DNA from: Candidatus Aldehydirespiratoraceae bacterium
GTDB lineage: Bacteria; Actinomycetota; Acidimicrobiia; Acidimicrobiales; Aldehydirespiratoraceae
Reading direction: 5' to 3'
Length of the DNA stretch: 64,000 nt
Assembly: GCA_965249055.1 (NCBI GenBank)
Contig: CBDFKX010000002.1
Location: 3,212,134-3,276,133, forward strand
Made by a program: the position numbers and the translations under genes. Below, in pieces: positions 29,473-40,061 of this stretch. Each line of letters starts with the position of its first letter. Positions within the stretch are counted from its first letter, which is position 1. The notes beneath the pieces are model-generated. The model was not told the origin of the DNA and did not search any database. It worked only from the letters and a program-made list of their open reading frames with translations.

Positions 29473-30669
29473 TCATGTGTCCTCCCTTGCGCTGAAGAGG
29501 ATCGCCACCCCTTCGTTTATCGGCGTGGCGAACGTCGACAATCCGGTCTCCGCGCCGGGGATCTGCCGCCCCTCTGCTCGTCCCGAGAGCTGGAGGTAGC
29601 ACTCGAGGATCTGCTGCACGCCGTGAATCCGGCCCCAGCCCTGACTTCCGCCCCCGGACAGGAGTGGAAACGGGCCGTCGACTGCGATCCGACCGTCCTG
29701 GATGAACTGCCATGCCTCGCCGACACCGCAGAAGCCCATGACCTCGAGCCACAGGTAGACGAGCGGGGTGAAACCGTCGTAGAGCTGCACGACGTCGATG
29801 TCGTCGGGGCGCCACCCACTGCGATCCCACAGCCGGCGCTGGATATCGAATCCGGCCTCGTAGTGGTAGTCGAGCGGACCGAATGTCATCGGAGGGACAG
29901 ACCTGGAGCCCAACGTCTCGGCCCACGCTGTGACGTAGACCGCGCTATGCCGCAGATCGGCCGCACGTTCCGCGCTCGTGATGACCAAAGACACCGATGC
30001 GTTGACCGGGATGTCGGCGTCAAAGAGGCACATCGGCTCGCTGATCATCCTGCATGCCATGTAGTCCGCGAACGTGAGCGACTGACCGTTCCAGTACGTC
30101 TGAGGAACCGCCTGCGCGTTCTCGCGGAGTTGGAGGGCGAGAGTGGCCATGTGCTCGCGGCGAGCGCCAAAGCGCTGCTGGTACTCCATGTAGGTCATGG
30201 CGATGGCGTTGACAGGGGCAATAGACCCGTAGGGCGCAGTCCATTGGTTGACGCCCGACGCCACCGGCTCGTCGAAGGCATAGTACCGACCGCGCGGCTG
30301 GTGGACCGTCCGGTTCACCAGAGCGTACGTCGAGGCTCCGGAGGCCACCGAGTGCACCGCCGCGAGCAGCGCCGGGGCAAACGACTCATGGTCGAACGAC
30401 CACTCCACATCCAGCGGGAGGTGGGTAGCCAGGAACTGACTGGTCACGAGATCCACGCCGTCGCGGTCCCCGTGGTCGACCCCGTAAACAGGCAGGCCGG
30501 CGCCACACGCAACACCATCCAACTGGGCAATGAGCACGCCTGCATCCTCCAAAGCCGCGCGCGACGCGTCGATCGCCAGCGCCGCCACGGGGACCCCGGT
30601 GTTGCGGCTCGCGTTGGTGAAGCCGGCTCCGACGATCGCCACTCGGTTCCGAAGCTGCGCACTGTCCAC
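29473..30669 (-). CDS. thiolase-like (SCP-x/Ltp2-type) protein
   Basis: VAIVGAG, QLYDGFT, GGG..IHG; no catalytic Cys seen. Confidence 0.8.
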   Translation of the reverse strand: MDSAQLRNRVAIVGAGFTNASRNTGVPVAALAIDASRAALEDAGVLIAQLDGVACGAGLPVYGVDHGDRDGVDLVTSQFLATHLPLDVEWSFDHESFAPALLAAVHSVASGASTYALVNRTVHQPRGRYYAFDEPVASGVNQWTAPYGSIAPVNAIAMTYMEYQQRFGARREHMATLALQLRENAQAVPQTYWNGQSLTFADYMACRMISEPMCLFDADIPVNASVSLVITSAERAADLRHSAVYVTAWAETLGSRSVPPMTFGPLDYHYEAGFDIQRRLWDRSGWRPDDIDVVQLYDGFTPLVYLWLEVMGFCGVGEAWQFIQDGRIAVDGPFPLLSGGGSQGWGRIHGVQQILECYLQLSGRAEGRQIPGAETGLSTFATPINEGVAILFSAREDT

Positions 30670-30675
30670 GGCTCG

Positions 30676-32538
30676 TCACGCCCCTTCGCTGTGGCTGGAC
30701 CAAGACTGATCGACATTTGGCCATGGAGAGAACTCGAGCCCGGCGAAGCCACCGTCCGCGCGCCAGCCAGCCAGAATCTCGTAGAACTCGGGCGCGGTGC
30801 CGCCGTAGAAGACGTTCTGCGGCGGCAAGTCGTCCAGGTGGCCCTCGTTGTTCAAGTACCCGGGCGTGCATTGGTTCAGAAACTCGCTCCCCTGGCGCGA
30901 CGAAGCAGACTTGCGTTGAGAACGGTCGAGAATGGTCTCGACCCAACTCGCCTCGGCCTGCACCGACACCTCGAAGGAGCACTGCTTCTCGAGGCAACTG
31001 GCCTGGATGTGCGCCGCGTGAATCGCGAACTCCCACAGAGCGTGCACGAAGTTGATCACGAACGTCGCGAACTGGCCGTTCAGAGCAGGAGTGAACATCA
31101 GATTCGGGAAGCCGTTGGACATCATTCCGTGAAGCGTCCAGAGCCCGTCCGCCCACTTGTCGGACAACGTGACGCCGTCTCGGCCAACGACGTCGTAGCC
31201 GGCGCGCCGTGTTCGCGGGGAGTTGTACTCGAACCCGGTGGCGAAGATAAGGCAGTCGACCTCGCGCTCGACGCCGTCGACGATCGGACCACGACGGCCG
31301 ATCGCTGTCACGCCGAGTCCGTCGGTGTCGACAAGCGTGACGTTCGCCTGGTTGAACGATTCAAGGTACTCGTCGTGGAAACACGGGCGCTTGCAGAAGT
31401 AGTCGTACCAAGGCTTCAGGGCGTCCCGCGTGTTGGGATCGGCAACGATCTGCTCCACCCGAGCTCGAAGTTCCTCGCCGTGTCGGAAGTCGGCCAGCTC
31501 CGCGAGCGCCGCCACCTCATCCCCGTTCGAGGCCGCCAGAAGTGGCTCGACCACGAGTTTCTTGAAGGCGTAGGTCCATCCGTCGTCCACCAGGTCGACC
31601 GGCTCGGGAGATCCCAAGAGCACTGCCATGTAGTTGTCCATACGCTCTCGTTGCCAGCCCGGCTCGAGCCGCGCCGCCCAATTCGGATCGGTCAGCTTGT
31701 TATTGCGCGGTGCTACCGTGGACGGCGTGCGCTGGAAGACGTACAGGTGCTTGGCCGACCGGGCGACGTGTGGTACGACCTGCACCGCGCTGGCGCCCGT
31801 GCCGACAATCCCGACGACTTTGTCGCTCAGCCCATCAAGATTCCCCATGCTCCCGCCGCCCGTATATGCGTAGTCCCACCGACTGGTGTGGAACCAATGG
31901 CCTTCGTAGCGCTCCACTCCAGCGATCGAGGGGAGTCGGGGCTTGTCCATGGGCCCGTTGGCCATGCAGACGAAGCGAGCCCGGATGTGATCGCCACGGT
32001 CGGTGTCGATGGTCCACCGCTCCTGTTCGTCCCACGTCAAACCTGTCACCTGCGTCTGGAAGCAGGCGTTTCGGTACAGGCCGTACTGCCGCCCCAGCGA
32101 CTTGGCATACTCGAAGATCTCTGGCTGCCGCGCATACTTCTCACTCGGCATGAACCCCGACTCTTCGAGCATCGGCAGGTAGATGTACGACTCGACGTCG
32201 CACTGGGCACCCGGGTACCGATTCCAGTACCAGGTTCCGCCGAAGTCGCCGGCCTGGTCGATCATCCGGATCGACTCCACGCCTCGCACGCGCAGCTGCG
32301 CACCAAGGAGGATCCCGGCGAATCCCGCCCCGATGATCGCGACGTCGACCTCGTCGGTCAGCGGTTCGCGGATGATGGGCGATGAGTACTCATCTTGTTG
32401 GTCGAGCTCACTGGTCTCGGCGAGAACCGCAGGCGACCGATCCACGCGCAGGCGTTTGTCCCGCTCGGCGTCGTACCGTCGGCGGAGCTCGCCGGCGTCG
32501 AAGTCCGATCGGTTCGGGAGCGAAGGCATCTCATCCAC
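30676..32538 (-). CDS. Baeyer-Villiger monooxygenase
   Basis: GAGFAG, GGTWYWNRYPG, fingerprint YEGHWFHTSRW, GTGASA, ATGF. Confidence 0.92.
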   Translation of the reverse strand: MDEMPSLPNRSDFDAGELRRRYDAERDKRLRVDRSPAVLAETSELDQQDEYSSPIIREPLTDEVDVAIIGAGFAGILLGAQLRVRGVESIRMIDQAGDFGGTWYWNRYPGAQCDVESYIYLPMLEESGFMPSEKYARQPEIFEYAKSLGRQYGLYRNACFQTQVTGLTWDEQERWTIDTDRGDHIRARFVCMANGPMDKPRLPSIAGVERYEGHWFHTSRWDYAYTGGGSMGNLDGLSDKVVGIVGTGASAVQVVPHVARSAKHLYVFQRTPSTVAPRNNKLTDPNWAARLEPGWQRERMDNYMAVLLGSPEPVDLVDDGWTYAFKKLVVEPLLAASNGDEVAALAELADFRHGEELRARVEQIVADPNTRDALKPWYDYFCKRPCFHDEYLESFNQANVTLVDTDGLGVTAIGRRGPIVDGVEREVDCLIFATGFEYNSPRTRRAGYDVVGRDGVTLSDKWADGLWTLHGMMSNGFPNLMFTPALNGQFATFVINFVHALWEFAIHAAHIQASCLEKQCSFEVSVQAEASWVETILDRSQRKSASSRQGSEFLNQCTPGYLNNEGHLDDLPPQNVFYGGTAPEFYEILAGWRADGGFAGLEFSPWPNVDQSWSSHSEGA

Positions 32539-32641
32539 TCGTCAGGAGGCGGGTCTCATCCCACGCGGTTGGGTTCGTAACGTCGTCGGCGAGATCGAAC
32601 TCGCGTTGAGCGGGCAGACGGATCCGGCCCTGGGAGGCGAA

Positions 32642-33790
32642 CTAGTTCTTGCCCCACAGTTCGGTGTAGTGCTCGATCAGGCCCTCGGTTGTCGGCACGT
32701 ACGCCGTGGCGTTCGGTAGCGTCTCGGAGGTAATGAGCCAGTGCGGAGTCGCAAGCGCCGGGAGGACCTCCTGGCCCGCAAACTCTCGGGCGAACGCATC
32801 GACGGCACCGAATGTTGTCTCGTAGAAGGGGAACAGCATGGTGCCGGCCTGCGCGCTCTGATCGATGAGGCTGAGGTTCAGCAGACCCGGCGAGTTGCCG
32901 AACATGGTGATCTCGAGCCCGGCCGCCTCGGCCGCCGAAGGGATGCCCTGGCCGAGGGAGTCGGCCGACATCACCACGTACCCGATATCCGGGTTGGCCC
33001 GGAGGGCTGACACGACCATGTCGGGGATCATCGGGATGTCAGCGATGCCGATCCCGAGGTTCACGTTGGTGCAGCCGGGGCACAGCCGATCGAAGGTCTC
33101 GGCAAACCGCTCGGCCATCGGGGTGACGATCGGGATCTCCGGCAGGTCGACGTAGACCACTCCCGGAGTCGCATTGCCTTTGCTGGCTGCGTCGTCGATC
33201 ACCCAGGCCGCCATCCCCTCGCCCATTGGCAGCATGTCGTCGGGGCCGAAGCTCGTCCAGAGGACCTCGTCGGACTGCGGTTCCCACATCGAGATGTTGG
33301 CAATCAGCGTGCCGTTAGCGCTCAGCTCCTCGAGATACTGGCCGACCTGCGAGTAGGGGACGGACGAGTACGCGATAGCGTCCGGGGGGTCGCGCAGCAG
33401 AGTTTCGAACACCGCGTTGACGCTGCCGGGCGAGCCGTCAGTGGGTATGACCGTCGTCTCCCAGCCCAGGATATCGCCGGCCTCCGCCATCAGGTTGCCC
33501 AGCTGCTCGCACGCCTCGGGCCCACACGAGATGTAACTGACCGTCTTGCCCGTCGGGATCTCACCCTCGATGGGCACCTCGATCAGTTGCACCGCTTCCG
33601 GGCGCGTGGAGTATCGCTCGACGATCTCTCTGGCCTCAGCCGCACCAGCCGGAGCCGCTTCTTCTGGAGCCGGAGCCTCAGCTTCCGAAGCCGGAGCCTC
33701 GGTGCTCGTGTCGTCGTCGTCCCCGCACGCGGCGAAGATGAGGCTTCCGACCGCGAGTACTCCGAAACATGTTCGTGTCAGCCTGCGCAT
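32642..33790 (-). CDS. sugar-type ABC substrate-binding lipoprotein
   Basis: Lipobox FAAC; PBP1 pattern; clustered with permease and ATPase. Confidence 0.8.
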   Translation of the reverse strand: MRRLTRTCFGVLAVGSLIFAACGDDDDTSTEAPASEAEAPAPEEAAPAGAAEAREIVERYSTRPEAVQLIEVPIEGEIPTGKTVSYISCGPEACEQLGNLMAEAGDILGWETTVIPTDGSPGSVNAVFETLLRDPPDAIAYSSVPYSQVGQYLEELSANGTLIANISMWEPQSDEVLWTSFGPDDMLPMGEGMAAWVIDDAASKGNATPGVVYVDLPEIPIVTPMAERFAETFDRLCPGCTNVNLGIGIADIPMIPDMVVSALRANPDIGYVVMSADSLGQGIPSAAEAAGLEITMFGNSPGLLNLSLIDQSAQAGTMLFPFYETTFGAVDAFAREFAGQEVLPALATPHWLITSETLPNATAYVPTTEGLIEHYTELWGKN

Positions 33791-33847
33791 CGTCTTGTCT
33801 CCTATGTAGGTGTGCCCGGCACTTTACCAGGTTTATGGTTATCAGGT

Positions 33848-34942
33848 TTATGGAGGTGAGTCCGTCGCGTTATCAGCCTCGGCCTCAGGTGTCATGGCCC
33901 GGCCCGTTGCGGTGCGGCTCCCCGCTCTTCGGACCTCGAGCCCGGTCAGCGCCAACGCCGAGATCAGGACCAACCCGGTAATCATGCGCTGGACCCAAAG
34001 GTCGACCTGCTTGAGGCCCAGGCCGGTCGTCAGGGTGCCCAGTAGCAGGATCGAGACCATCGTTCCCCAGACGTTGATCCGCCCGCTCTTGAACTGCGTG
34101 GCACCAAGGAACACCGCTGCGAACGCGGGAAGGAGGAAGGGCGCGCTCGAGCTCGGCGATCCCGCGCCGATGTTCGACGTCAGCACGATCCCCGCGAAGC
34201 CGGCGATCGTCGACGAGATCAGCAACGTGCCGAAGCGAAGGACGTCGGTCCGCACTCCGGCGAGACGGGCGGCGTCCAGGTTGAAGCCGGTGGCATAGAT
34301 CTTCCGTCCGATGGCTCGGTGCTCGAGCAAGTACCAAAGGACGAGGGCGACGAACAACGTGTAGAACACGGGCCGGGTCAAACCCCACAAGGGCCGGTCG
34401 ATTGCCAGGTCCTGGAAGGCACCGATGAGCTCCGGGCTCGTCACCGTCCGGTTGTCCGAGCGCCACTGAACCACGGCTGTGATAACAAACCCTCCGGCCA
34501 AGGTGCCGATCAGCGAGTCGATCTTGAGGAACACGACGATGATGCCGTTGAACACGCCCACTGCGACGCTGGTGAGCACGGCGAGCAGCACCGCCAGCCA
34601 GATCGGCAAGCCGGAGTGGACGATGAGGCTCGCAGCCATGACCCCCGACAGCGCCATGGTGAAAGACATCGAGATGTCGAACACGCCCGCGGACAGTGGG
34701 ACGACGAGGCTCAACGCGGCGAGGGCGGCGATGGCGTTGCCGTTGAGGATCTGCCGAACGGTGGCTGCGTTGGGGAAGATGTCCGGCATCATCAGCGAGA
34801 AGATGACAATCAGCCCGATCAGGACGTAGATCACGCCGATGCGGGCCGGCGACAAGGCATGCCTCAGCCGCCGAACCATCGGCTTCGTGACGCGGCGGCT
34901 TTGGGGGACGACGTCGGGGGCGCCTTCGGCTGCGGGCGTCAT
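33848..34942 (-). CDS. sugar-type ABC permease (RbsC-like)
   Basis: GVFDIS, GRKIYATG.N..AARLAG, AAVFLG. Confidence 0.88.
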   Translation of the reverse strand: MTPAAEGAPDVVPQSRRVTKPMVRRLRHALSPARIGVIYVLIGLIVIFSLMMPDIFPNAATVRQILNGNAIAALAALSLVVPLSAGVFDISMSFTMALSGVMAASLIVHSGLPIWLAVLLAVLTSVAVGVFNGIIVVFLKIDSLIGTLAGGFVITAVVQWRSDNRTVTSPELIGAFQDLAIDRPLWGLTRPVFYTLFVALVLWYLLEHRAIGRKIYATGFNLDAARLAGVRTDVLRFGTLLISSTIAGFAGIVLTSNIGAGSPSSSAPFLLPAFAAVFLGATQFKSGRINVWGTMVSILLLGTLTTGLGLKQVDLWVQRMITGLVLISALALTGLEVRRAGSRTATGRAMTPEAEADNATDSPP

Positions 34943-36555
34943 GACCTAGCCACCGCACCAAGCGGATTCACGAGACCGTTCATCTCGACATCGCCCAGCC
35001 CTTCCGCGGCCCTGACCATGTTGTGCTCCGTGATCTCCGAGCCGACCAGCTCCGTGACGATCGACCCGCTCTTGAACACCAACACCCTCGAGCACAGCGC
35101 GACGAGGTCGTCGAGCTCGGCGGACACCACGATGGCGCCGAGTCCGGCGGTTGCCTTATCGAGCACGAACCGGCGGATCGCGGCCCGGGCGCCGACGTCC
35201 ACACCCGCGGTCGGCTCGCACAGCACGAGGACGTCGGGATTCGTCACCAGCACGCGACCGATGAGCACCTTCTGCTGGTTGCCGCCGCTCAGTGTGGCCA
35301 CGGGCAACGTGGGATCGCTGGTCTGGATCTCGAACTCGCCGACGGCGCTGTCGACGAACCGTGCCTCGAGCTTGCGGCTCACCCCGAGCGCGGTCGTCAA
35401 TGGGCCCAGTGTCGACAACGTCAGATTCTCGGCGATGCTCATGGGCGCGATGACACCCTCCGACGCCCTGTCCGGGGGTACGAGCGCGATCTTCGTACCT
35501 CGGTAGCGGGCGATGTCGCATGGGGCAGCATCGTTCAGGTGGAGCGTCCCTCCGGTCGCCTCGTGTCGACGATCCGTCAGAAGCCGTGTGACTTCGTCAT
35601 GACCGGAGCCCGGCAGCCCGGCGAACCCGAGCACCTCGCCTCGGTGGAGCGTGAAGTCGACGTTCGACGCGTCCGCGCCCGACAGCCCCCGGACAGTCAG
35701 CAGCGGCTCATCGTTGACGGCGCGCTCATCGGGTGCGATGGCATCCTCGAGGCCGGCGCCGAGCATTTGATGCACGAGATCGGCCTTCGTGAGCCCGGCG
35801 ATCTCGGTCGTGATCACCTTCCGGCCGTCGCGCAGCACCGAAACACGGTCGGATAACTCGAGTACCTCGTCGAGGCGGTGCGAGATGTAGACCACGCCGG
35901 CGCCGTCGGCGCGTACGTTTCGCAGGATCTCGTGGAGCAGGTGAACCTCGTGGGCAGGCAGGACCGCCGTGGGCTCGTCGAGCACCAGCACGCCGCCAGC
36001 GCTGGACCAACCCTGCAAGGCAGCAGCGACCGCGATGATGGTCCGATCGAGTGGGGCCAACTTCCCGACCGGGGCCCGGAGATCGAAGTCGACCCCGAAG
36101 GGGGCGAGCCGCCGTTCAGTGAGGCGCTCTTGCTCTCGCCAACGGACCCGACCCCAGCGGCTCCGGATGAAGCCGCTCGACAACGCCAGGTTCTCCACTG
36201 CGCTCATTTCGGCGACCAAACCGAGGTCCTGGTGAACGAAGCTCAAGTGGTCATGGCGACCCCGCAGAGCGGCGAACTTCACGGACTCGCTCTTGAACGA
36301 GCACGCGGCACCAGGATCGGGATGGTGGAAGCCGGCCAGGATCTTGGTCAGCGTCGACTTCCCCGAGCCGTTGTGGCCGATGAGGGCGTGAATCTCGCCC
36401 GCCTGCACGTCGAAGTCGACATCGTCGAGAGCCAAGCAGCCGGGAAACGTCTTGGAGACGTTCGACACACGCAACAGCTCACTCCGCACCACAAGGGAGT
36501 CGCCATCAGCGGCAGTCCGATCGCCTGCGTCCAGCGAGCTGTCGTCGTGTTGCAT
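34939..36555 (-). CDS. sugar ABC ATP-binding protein (two NBDs)
   Basis: GHNGSGKST, LDEPT, LSGGNQQK; start set at ATG 36555. Confidence 0.9.
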   Translation of the reverse strand: MQHDDSSLDAGDRTAADGDSLVVRSELLRVSNVSKTFPGCLALDDVDFDVQAGEIHALIGHNGSGKSTLTKILAGFHHPDPGAACSFKSESVKFAALRGRHDHLSFVHQDLGLVAEMSAVENLALSSGFIRSRWGRVRWREQERLTERRLAPFGVDFDLRAPVGKLAPLDRTIIAVAAALQGWSSAGGVLVLDEPTAVLPAHEVHLLHEILRNVRADGAGVVYISHRLDEVLELSDRVSVLRDGRKVITTEIAGLTKADLVHQMLGAGLEDAIAPDERAVNDEPLLTVRGLSGADASNVDFTLHRGEVLGFAGLPGSGHDEVTRLLTDRRHEATGGTLHLNDAAPCDIARYRGTKIALVPPDRASEGVIAPMSIAENLTLSTLGPLTTALGVSRKLEARFVDSAVGEFEIQTSDPTLPVATLSGGNQQKVLIGRVLVTNPDVLVLCEPTAGVDVGARAAIRRFVLDKATAGLGAIVVSAELDDLVALCSRVLVFKSGSIVTELVGSEITEHNMVRAAEGLGDVEMNGLVNPLGAVARS

Positions 36556-36563
36556 CGGCCCCG

Positions 36564-37457
36564 TCAGAACGCCGCGGGACCCGGGACGCGGACGCGGCAC
36601 CGGTAAAGTGTCGTGCTGGCGCAGATGTACAGCGTCCGCATATCGTCGTCTCCGAACGCGAAATTCGCCACGGGCTCTGGCACCCCCAGCACGCCGAGGC
36701 AGATCGCGTCCGGGTCGAACACGTGGATCCCGCCTGGACCGGTGCAATAGAGGTTTCCGGCCTGATCGAGCTTCATCCCATCTGGATGACCGTCGCCCTC
36801 GCCGACGGTGGTCGCCCAGACGCCAGCGTCGTCGAACCGGTCGCCGTCGCGGACGAACCGGCGGATGTGATCCTTCGCCGTGTCGTTCACGTAAAGCGCC
36901 GTCTCGTCCAGCGAGAAGCACAGGCCGTTGGGCAGGTCCAGATCAGCTGACACCAAGGCCGGTTCGTCATCTCCCGGCTGGAGCCCATAGACCCCACAGA
37001 AGTCCAACTCGAGCTCCCGGACCACCCCGAACCCTTCCACAGTGCGACCGAATGGCGGATCTGTGAAGTACACGCCACCCCAGGACGACACGACCACGTC
37101 GTTGGGACTGTTCAGGCCCTTACCGCCGAATGACTCCGCCAAAACCTCGATCGCACCGTCGTCGTTCTCCCGCACCACTCGGCTCGTCCCATGCTCGCAG
37201 GTAACGAGACGGCCCGACCGGTCGTAGGCGCTACCGTTCGCGTGGTTGCTTGGCTCCCGATAGACGGCCGCCTGCCCGTTGGACCATGAGTGCATCGTGG
37301 AGCCAGGGATGTCGCTGAAGACGAGGTCACGGCGGGCCGGATGCCACACCGGTCCCTCGAGGAACCCGAATCCGCCGGCCAGTGCCTCGAGCGACTCGTC
37401 GCCGACCACGTCGTCGAAGCGAGCGTCGCGCCTCTCGTTCAACGCTGCGTTATCCAT
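36564..37457 (-). CDS. SMP-30/gluconolactonase family protein
   Basis: EGPVW, FSDIP, NSPND, PNG, PDGM. Confidence 0.9.
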   Translation of the reverse strand: MDNAALNERRDARFDDVVGDESLEALAGGFGFLEGPVWHPARRDLVFSDIPGSTMHSWSNGQAAVYREPSNHANGSAYDRSGRLVTCEHGTSRVVRENDDGAIEVLAESFGGKGLNSPNDVVVSSWGGVYFTDPPFGRTVEGFGVVRELELDFCGVYGLQPGDDEPALVSADLDLPNGLCFSLDETALYVNDTAKDHIRRFVRDGDRFDDAGVWATTVGEGDGHPDGMKLDQAGNLYCTGPGGIHVFDPDAICLGVLGVPEPVANFAFGDDDMRTLYICASTTLYRCRVRVPGPAAF

Positions 37458-37942
37458 TTCGATCCACCCCTCTGACTACGGTCGACGTGGTCGACCTGCT
37501 CCAACCTGAACTGCGGGAGGCCGACCTGGGCGTTGACGTCCCTGAACTCAACCTCAACCGTCGCCCCGACGGCGAGCGGGGCGTCCGGGCCGTCCACCAA
37601 CGTGGCCGCGTACAGCAACCCCTCCTGGTCTTCCAGTTCCACCAGCGCATGAACCCAGGGCTCAGGGCCAAACCCTCGAACCATCGCGTCGTGAACTACG
37701 GTCCAGTTCACGAGCCGTCCGCGACCGGTGACCTCCTCGTAGGCGAACGCCGGCTCGTCGACGCGATGACATGTGCCGCAGAAGTCAACCGCCGGATGGG
37801 CGAACGTGCCGCAATGGCAGCACCGCTGGAAGGTGAGTCGATGCTGAGCGGCAGCTGCCCAGAAGGGTGCGCTCATTTCGTCGGGCTGCGGCACGGGGGG
37901 GTCGGCCCGTCCAACGGGCTCGGGAACCGGGCTATCGGACAT
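37439..37942 (-). CDS. DUF35 Zn-ribbon/OB-fold protein
   Basis: PFW..QRCCHCG..HP..CGTC, GRG, ALVELEDQ. Confidence 0.85.
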   Translation of the reverse strand: MSDSPVPEPVGRADPPVPQPDEMSAPFWAAAAQHRLTFQRCCHCGTFAHPAVDFCGTCHRVDEPAFAYEEVTGRGRLVNWTVVHDAMVRGFGPEPWVHALVELEDQEGLLYAATLVDGPDAPLAVGATVEVEFRDVNAQVGLPQFRLEQVDHVDRSQRGGSKWITQR

Positions 37943-37965
37943 GCCACGTACCTCGCCTTCGAGGG

Positions 37966-39663
37966 TCAGCCGGTGCCGTGTCGGAGTAGCCGGCCGGGGA
38001 GGTTCCCCGTGGGTTCTCCGTCCACGAAGGTGGTCTGACCGTTCACGAGCACGTGCTTGTAGCCGTCGGCTTTGCGGATGCGGCGCCACTCGCCCTCAGG
38101 GAGGTCGTAGGCGACTTCTTCATCGAGGAGCTTGAGCCCCTCGAAGTCGTACACTATTACGTCGGCCCAGGCGCCCTCGGTCAGGGTGCCACGGTCATGG
38201 AACCCGGCGGTCTGGGCGTGCAAGTTCGACAACCGCCAGTGCGCCTCCTCGAGCTCCACGACGCCGCGCTCACGCACGAACTTGATGATGCCCTCGGTCG
38301 GATATGAGCCCATGGTGATGAACTTCGTGTGAGCCCCGCCATCTGACACACCCCACAGCCCGTACGGCATCGTGGCCAGCTCGTTCTCGACCACCGGGTC
38401 GCTGTTCGTGTGCGGCACCTGAAACAACGTCTTGAGCTCGTCGGCCACAACCATGTCCAACAGCAGGTCGACCATGTGGTCGTACCCCAGGATTCGGCAC
38501 GCATCAGGCAACCTCGTGCCCTTGACCGGCAAGAACTTGTCCGTAAACGTCCGCAGGATCGTCACATTGTCCAACACGAAGATCGTCGGCACGTTGTCGC
38601 GCAACCCCGAACGCCTTGCTGGATCACCCAACTTCGCAAGCCGCTCAGCAGTAGAACCCAGGGTCGCCTCACGCCACTCCTCGACCTCGTCCCACATGTT
38701 CCACTCTTCGAACGTGAAGGTGAACTCCTCACCAGTGGTGATCATCTGGGGAGACACCTGAATGCCACGTTCCCGGCAGCTACGGATCCAGTCCATCGCG
38801 TCGTGATGCAGGTCCGAACGACCCGGGAAACTCCCGATTGCGTTGTGCAACACGATCCCACCCGACTCGATCGCCAGCTGCTCCAGATGGTGGCGATCGG
38901 ACTCCACCCCATCGGGGGTGCTCATCGCGATCTGAATGAACGTGTGATCGAACTCTGCCAACACCCGAGCGAACGCCAACGCCGTGCGGTTCGACATCAG
39001 ATCACTTGCGAATGGCGACCCGTCGTAATCCCGCTGCACATCCAAACCACCACCCGGCGCAGTGACCTGCGCCGACCAGCCGCATGCACCGGCACGCATC
39101 CCCTCACGCAACAGATCACACAGACGCGCGAGCTCCTCATCAGTCGTGTCCCGAGACTTGGCCGCCTCCAACCCCATGACGTGCACGAGCAAGGGGTTCA
39201 CCGGCACATACGTCAACATATTCAGACCCTTGGGCCTGGCATCCAATACGTCCATCCACTCCGGGAACGTCTCCCACGTCCACGGCAAAGCCGCCTCGAT
39301 ACACACCGCCGGGATCGCCTCCACCCGGCTCAACGACTTCATCAAATACTCACGATCCTCGGGCTTTGCTGGCGCAAAACCGAACCCGCAATTCCCGATC
39401 GCGACCGACGTCACCCCGTGCCAACCCGAGATCGTGCAATACGGATCCCAGAACAACTGCGCGTCATAATGCGTGTGCAAATCCACAAAACCAGGCGCAA
39501 CGATGAGATCCGACGCATCGATTACCTCATCTGCCTCACCCCGCGACACTCGCCCCACCTTCGCGACCCGACCATCCTTGATCGCCACATCCGCGCGGCG
39601 ACGCGGCAGATTCTGACCGTCAACGACGATCCCATTCGCAATCACCGTGTCGTAAGATGCCAT
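37966..39663 (-). CDS. N-acyl-D-amino-acid deacylase-like amidohydrolase
   Basis: APGFVDLHTHYD, GNCG, SDGGAH, DRG..G..AD. Confidence 0.88.
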   Translation of the reverse strand: MASYDTVIANGIVVDGQNLPRRRADVAIKDGRVAKVGRVSRGEADEVIDASDLIVAPGFVDLHTHYDAQLFWDPYCTISGWHGVTSVAIGNCGFGFAPAKPEDREYLMKSLSRVEAIPAVCIEAALPWTWETFPEWMDVLDARPKGLNMLTYVPVNPLLVHVMGLEAAKSRDTTDEELARLCDLLREGMRAGACGWSAQVTAPGGGLDVQRDYDGSPFASDLMSNRTALAFARVLAEFDHTFIQIAMSTPDGVESDRHHLEQLAIESGGIVLHNAIGSFPGRSDLHHDAMDWIRSCRERGIQVSPQMITTGEEFTFTFEEWNMWDEVEEWREATLGSTAERLAKLGDPARRSGLRDNVPTIFVLDNVTILRTFTDKFLPVKGTRLPDACRILGYDHMVDLLLDMVVADELKTLFQVPHTNSDPVVENELATMPYGLWGVSDGGAHTKFITMGSYPTEGIIKFVRERGVVELEEAHWRLSNLHAQTAGFHDRGTLTEGAWADVIVYDFEGLKLLDEEVAYDLPEGEWRRIRKADGYKHVLVNGQTTFVDGEPTGNLPGRLLRHGTG

Positions 39664-40061
39664 GCTTTGATCCTCGTGCTTTTGAGGTGTATCACTATGC
39701 AGCTGCCGCCGCTCCGCGTACAGTGAGGAGACTATACCGGGGATGTCAGCACCTGTACATAGGGATCCGTTGGCGTCCCGCGGCTAGACGCCGAGCCGAG
39801 ATCGATGCCGTAGCCGTGAGGGTCAGCCCAGCGAAGAGCGCAAGGCCGCTGGTCGAGTCGCGCCGTCGGACCTGGGTGCTGGGACCGAAAACGAGGTCCT
39901 CAAAAGGTCCGCCGCGTTCTTGGCTCCGGAGAACTTGCGCGTCGCTGCGCCGGCTGATCGGTCGCCCGGGTGAGCCACGAGATTCGACACGCCGACGGTG
40001 TCTCCCGCGATCGCTGGAAATCTGGGCCCACAAGAGCCCCCAAAAACGAAGCCAGCGCGGG

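Noticed and set aside
29212-32385. 1057-aa plus-strand ORF
   Set aside because: Antisense shadow of the FAH, thiolase-like and BVMO genes; Arg/Val-rich with no motifs.
33828-33853. Direct repeat CAGGTTTATGG x2
   Set aside because: Short duplication over a stop codon inside an operon; no supporting promoter context.
36556-36921. N-terminal extension of the ABC ATPase ORF (660 aa)
   Set aside because: Overlaps the lactonase gene in another frame; ATG 36555 is the more likely start.
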